Part shown: positions 62,150 to 64,000 of the stretch, in pieces | Layout of the letters: each line of letters opens with the position of its first letter | Position numbering within the stretch: the stretch's first letter is position 1 | Assembly (NCBI GenBank): GCA_934129885.1 | Contig: CAKOWU010000004.1 | Coordinates: 857 to 64,856, forward strand | From: an uncultured Bacilli bacterium | GTDB lineage: Bacteria; Bacillota_I; Bacilli_A; RF39; UBA660 | Direction of reading: 5' to 3' | DNA length: 64,000 nucleotides | Translations under genes and position numbers: made by a program | Notes under the pieces: model-generated | Seen by the model: only the letters and a program-made list of their open reading frames with translations | Database searches by the model: none | What the model was told of the DNA's origin: nothing

Positions 62150-62169
62150 AAAGTTGGTTATAAAATGAG
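62146..62169 (+). repeat. Right copy of the 24-bp direct repeat. It contains the stop of the LRR-like gene and the comEB start.
   Basis: It is identical to 59959-59982. Confidence 0.8.
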
Positions 62170-62644
62170 AATAGATAAAACAAATTATTATTTAGATTTA
62201 GCGGAAACTATTCTAGAAAGGGGTACCTGTTTAAGAAGGAACTATGGTGCCGTAATAGTTAAAAATGATGAAGTAATCTCTACTGGCTACACAGGGGCCC
62301 CAAGAGGTAGAGCCAACTGCATTAATTTAAATAAATGTATAAGAGAAGAACTTAATATTCCAAAAGGGCAGAGATACGAACTATGTCGTAGTGTCCATGC
62401 TGAGCAAAACGCTATTATCTCGGCACCAAGGCGCGATATGATAGGAAGTACTCTTTATCTAGTTGGAAAAGAATATAAAACAAATAAATATGTAGAGGGT
62501 GCGACACCATGTGAACTTTGTAAAAGGTTTATAATCAACGCTGGTATTGAAAATATAATAATCAGAGATACCAAGGATAAATATAGAACTATAAAAGTAA
62601 GTAAATATATTCAGCATGATGACACGATAAAAGAAACCATATAA
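62165..62644 (+). CDS. comEB: dCMP deaminase (ComEB-type cytidine/deoxycytidylate deaminase)
   Basis: The Zn-binding motifs 'CRSVHAEQNAI' and 'PCELCKRFIINAGI' are present. A terminator at 62647-62675 lies downstream. Confidence 0.85.
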   Translation: MRIDKTNYYLDLAETILERGTCLRRNYGAVIVKNDEVISTGYTGAPRGRANCINLNKCIREELNIPKGQRYELCRSVHAEQNAIISAPRRDMIGSTLYLVGKEYKTNKYVEGATPCELCKRFIINAGIENIIIRDTKDKYRTIKVSKYIQHDDTIKETI

Positions 62645-62656
62645 AAAGCAGAACAA

Positions 62657-63913
62657 TTATTGTTCTGTTTTTTCTTTACTAGACATACTTATCGTAATAT
62701 ATTCATTTTTAGAAATAATTGTTCCCTCATTTATACTTTGCCCGCTTGCAATTGTATCTAAAGAAGTTACGTTATCCGAAAACTCAAGTAAACATTTAAT
62801 ACCAAGTTTATCGCACGTTTTTAAAACCATATCTGAACTTTTAGAACTAAAATCAGGAACCGTTACCCCTTTACCTTTAGATACCGTCAAAGTAACCGTG
62901 TCTTTATTAGAAACATTAGAATCTACCGGCACTGATGAATTAATAATATATCCAGCCTTTACATTAGACGAGAATTCATAAGTAGTATCATATTTTATTC
63001 CGTTCCTCTTTAAATATACACTAGCGGATAAATAACTTTCATTATATAAATCCTTCATTTTAATATCTTTCAAATTAGAAGCATCTCCTAAAGAAACATT
63101 AAATTCCACTAAAGTATTTCTTCTTATATCGCCACTAACACTTTGAAAAGTAATCGTATCTCTATCTACATCTTTATTTTCTACATAATTAATATTAACA
63201 TTGTTTAACCTATATTGCTTTATCATTTTAAGTGCCATATCAATATCTTTACCAGTCATATTTGGAATATTAACTTCTTTATGTGTATCTGTACCATTAG
63301 AAACTACATAATTAATACTAGATACATCCTTTACAAACTCTCCAGCATTAATGCTTTGACTTATAACAGAGCCTTCATTAACTTCATCTGAATATTCGTA
63401 AGTAACCTTTGCCTTCACATTATTATCATCAGACCATTTTAAAACTTTTTTATAAGAAACGTCATAAAAATTAGGTACTGTCTTTTGAGCTGGTAAATTT
63501 ATAATGCCCATTATATATAAAGCATTAAATAAAACAAATAGGGTAGTAAACAAAGCCGTCACTAGCGTACCGCGCACTCTTTTATACATAAATGCATGTT
63601 TAAAAGAAACTAAATAACTGATCATAATTATTATTATAAATATGGCATTTAAAATATAATATAATTCGTTAACTTTTTCACTAGAAACATAAATAAGCAA
63701 AAAACAAAACGCTACCACTAAAACAAACAATATCGATAAAAATACATTAGTTGCCGTCGGCTTTCCGGTCATCTTAAAATTAATAAAATCTTCGTCCATA
63801 TCCTCATTGAAAACTATTTTCCTAAGTTCTTCGCGCTTTTGGGCAAGTTCCTCTTCTTTTTTTGTTTGCATCTCGCGTCCTTCGTATCTACTAACACGGC
63901 TTTTATACTCCAT
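62657..63913 (-). CDS. Membrane-anchored PASTA-domain protein (no kinase domain)
   Basis: The N-terminal cytoplasmic region is followed by a TM segment and then 3-4 PASTA-like repeats ('KVTYEYSDEVNEGSVISQSINAGEFV', 'TLTVSKGKGVTVPDF'). The start is at 'MEYKS', with a GGTGAGGTG RBS. Confidence 0.6.
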   Translation of the reverse strand: MEYKSRVSRYEGREMQTKKEEELAQKREELRKIVFNEDMDEDFINFKMTGKPTATNVFLSILFVLVVAFCFLLIYVSSEKVNELYYILNAIFIIIIMISYLVSFKHAFMYKRVRGTLVTALFTTLFVLFNALYIMGIINLPAQKTVPNFYDVSYKKVLKWSDDNNVKAKVTYEYSDEVNEGSVISQSINAGEFVKDVSSINYVVSNGTDTHKEVNIPNMTGKDIDMALKMIKQYRLNNVNINYVENKDVDRDTITFQSVSGDIRRNTLVEFNVSLGDASNLKDIKMKDLYNESYLSASVYLKRNGIKYDTTYEFSSNVKAGYIINSSVPVDSNVSNKDTVTLTVSKGKGVTVPDFSSKSSDMVLKTCDKLGIKCLLEFSDNVTSLDTIASGQSINEGTIISKNEYITISMSSKEKTEQ

Positions 63914-64000
63914 ACACCTCACCACTTAAATTATAACCTATATTTCACCCAAAATGTAAATATATTTTATTTTGCTTTACCAAACTTTACAAATATCCAC

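Overview
This is a low-GC (roughly 30%, by eye) Firmicutes chromosomal segment read with the standard genetic code. Gene content and order resemble Bacilli or Erysipelotrichia. I did not try to name the organism.

The conserved backbone is easy to read. It includes gpmI, a GDPD phosphodiesterase, ftsA-ftsZ, rbgA-mrnC-rlmB-sigH, a FemAB transferase on the minus strand, and a 2-hydroxyacyl-CoA-dehydratase-like pair with its activase. Further along are comEA-comEC, secE-nusG-rplK-rplA-(L10 leader)-rplJ-rplL-ybxB-like methyltransferase, rpoB-rpoC, ruvA-ruvB-queA-miaA, prfA-prmC, a NifS-type cysteine desulfurase, and the dCMP deaminase comEB.

Accessory and unusual content sits between these blocks:
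- The 5' end of the window falls inside a giant surface protein with BspA-type leucine-rich repeats (LRRs).
- Three Rpn/YhgA-like nuclease or transposase-like loci are present: one full gene, one partial duplicate, and a second full gene.
- A small-protein + SpoVK/CbbX-type AAA ATPase + ClpP-like peptidase operon carries an in-frame TGA in the ClpP-like gene.
- There is an AraC regulator, an ABC exporter, a membrane protein and an HTH regulator.
- Three secreted proteins carry a TasA-like (SipW-type) signal peptide.
- A sporulation-coat-like cluster encodes a TasA-like protein, a Gly/Tyr-rich small protein, a NodB-like protein, a SpoVID-like LysM protein and a YsxE/CotS-like protein.
- Five type IV pilin-like genes are scattered through the window, including a LamG fusion and a degenerate paralog, with no assembly machinery in the window.
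- An AAA-ATPase-like/PD-(D/E)XK gene is frameshifted.
- A 2.2-kb insertion encodes a cytoplasmic protein with 12 tandem 21-aa LRR-like repeats. It sits precisely between nifS and comEB and is flanked by a perfect 24-bp direct repeat.

Other observations worth a second look:
- A conserved 41-bp hairpin motif lies upstream of comEA and of an Rpn gene.
- A perfect 21-bp inverted repeat pair lies upstream of the TasA-like gene.
- Two paralogous unknown genes are inserted between ybxB and rpoB.
- A short GC-rich, A-depleted island sits inside the AT-rich surface-protein gene.
- Two genes are broken at homopolymer runs.

I found no rRNA, tRNA or CRISPR array.
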